Positions 62,916 to 64,000 of a stretch of DNA of 64,000 nt are shown here, piece by piece. A program made the position numbers and the translations under genes. Where the stretch lies: NCBI GenBank assembly GCA_963749075.1, contig CAVVLJ010000016.1, forward strand, positions 320,001-384,000, read 5' to 3'. A model generated the notes under the pieces. That model searched no databases and was not told the origin of the DNA. It was given only the letters and a program-made list of their open reading frames with translations. The DNA is from an uncultured Pseudomonadota bacterium. GTDB taxonomy: Bacteria; Pseudomonadota; Alphaproteobacteria; JACZXZ01. The first letter of the stretch is position 1. The number at the start of each line of letters is the position of its first letter.

Positions 62916-63946
62916 TGGCGCGCCTTCGTGTGCTCCAGGTGATGGCCGGCGCGCGGCACGGCGGTGCCGAGGCCTTCTTCATGCGCTTGGTGCCGGCGCT
63001 CGAGCGGGCAGGGCTCGAGCAGCGCGTCGTCATCCGGCGCGACGGCGAGCGCGCAGCCAAGCTGCAGAGCGAGGGCATCGAGACGCTCGAGCTCTCCTTC
63101 GGAGCCGTGCTCGACTGGCGCACGCCGCTCTCGCTCGGCGCCGCCATCCGCTCGTTTGCACCCCAGGTGGTGCTGACCTGGATGAGCCGCGCCAGCGCCG
63201 TCTGCCCCAGGGGCCGCTTCGTGCACGCCTCGCGCCTCGGCGGCTATTACGATCTGCGCTACTACCGCAAGAGCGACCATCTCATCGGCAACACGGCGGA
63301 CATCGTCGCCTACCTGCGCCGCGCGGGCTGGCCCGAGGAGCGCACGCATTATCTGCCGAATTTCGTCGATACGGCGGCAGCGCTGGCCACGCCGCGCGCG
63401 AGCTTGGCGACGCCCGAGGGGGCGCCGCTCCTCCTCGCCCTCGGCCGCCTCCACTCCGACAAGGCGTTCGACGTGCTTCTCGCAGCCCTCGCCGAGCTTC
63501 CGGGAGTATACTGCTGGCTCGCGGGCGAGGGGCCCGAGCGCGCGGCACTCGAGCGCCAGGCGGTACGCCTCGGGCTCGGCGGGCGCCTGCGCTTCCTCGG
63601 CTGGCGCGAGGACACGGCGGCCCTCATGGCCGCGGCCGATCTGCTCGTCTGCCCCTCGCGCATCGAGCCGCTCGGCAATGTGGTGATCGAGGCCTGGGCG
63701 CGAGCGCTGCCCGTGGTCGCGGCGGCGAGTGCTGGCCCCAAGGGCCTGATCACGGAGGGCGAGAACGGGCTCCTCGTGGCGCTCGAGGACGCCCGCGGGC
63801 TCGCCGCCGCGATCGGGCGCGTGCTCGCGGAGCCGGCGTTGGCCCGGCACCTCGCCGAAGGCGGCGGTGCAGCTCACCGGGCGGCCTTCACCAAGGAGCT
63901 CGTGGTGGCGCGCTACATGGAGTTTTTCGAGAAGGTGGCAGCCTGA
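62915..63946 (+). CDS. Glycosyltransferase family 4
   Basis: GGAEAFF, LGRLHSDKAFD, RFLGWR and PSRIEPLGNVVIEAW motifs. Confidence 0.92.
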   Translation: MARLRVLQVMAGARHGGAEAFFMRLVPALERAGLEQRVVIRRDGERAAKLQSEGIETLELSFGAVLDWRTPLSLGAAIRSFAPQVVLTWMSRASAVCPRGRFVHASRLGGYYDLRYYRKSDHLIGNTADIVAYLRRAGWPEERTHYLPNFVDTAAALATPRASLATPEGAPLLLALGRLHSDKAFDVLLAALAELPGVYCWLAGEGPERAALERQAVRLGLGGRLRFLGWREDTAALMAAADLLVCPSRIEPLGNVVIEAWARALPVVAAASAGPKGLITEGENGLLVALEDARGLAAAIGRVLAEPALARHLAEGGGAAHRAAFTKELVVARYMEFFEKVAA

Positions 63947-64000
63947 TGTGCGGCATCGTCGGCGTCATGATGAAGAACGGCAGCCCGCCCGACCAGGCGC
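63946..64000 (+). CDS. N-terminus of a class II glutamine amidotransferase, probably asparagine synthase-like (partial)
   Basis: MCGIVG start overlapping the previous stop codon, within a glycosyltransferase cluster. Confidence 0.65.
   Translation, partial: MCGIVGVMMKNGSPPDQA

Overview
High-GC alphaproteobacterial (Rhodospirillales/Rhizobiales-like) chromosomal segment; all product calls come from motifs recognised by eye, not from database searches. The housekeeping backbone includes an acyl-CoA dehydrogenase, ubiX/ubiD-family genes, trpB2, a LuxO-like sigma54 regulator with a convergent hybrid kinase, ispB, bdhA plus a patatin, glyQ-glyS-ppdK, ygfZ and a glycosyltransferase/asnB cluster. 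Three accessory regions interrupt it. (1) About 5.7-12.7 kb: a mosaic of gene fragments with a complete IS5-family element. (2) About 29.2-31.7 kb: toxin-antitoxin modules between and after two identical full-length tRNA-Pro(CGG) genes. (3) About 46-57.9 kb: a polymorphic-toxin locus. It holds a signal-peptide-bearing Rhs protein with an N-terminal C39-like peptidase domain, preceded by a secreted tail-fibre/lectin-like protein and a small secreted YD-repeat protein. It is followed by candidate immunity genes, an orphan Rhs tip, Rhs remnants, a T2SS/pilus-like remnant and a secreted beta-helix protein. This locus is the best candidate for an undescribed system. A second notable signal is a MITE family (terminal repeat about CTAGTTGATGCACAC) that has inserted twice at the same 10-bp site of a REP hairpin and carries different REP cargo in each copy. 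Single-base frameshifts in ispB, glyS and ygfZ suggest assembly errors, so pseudogene calls based on one indel need caution.
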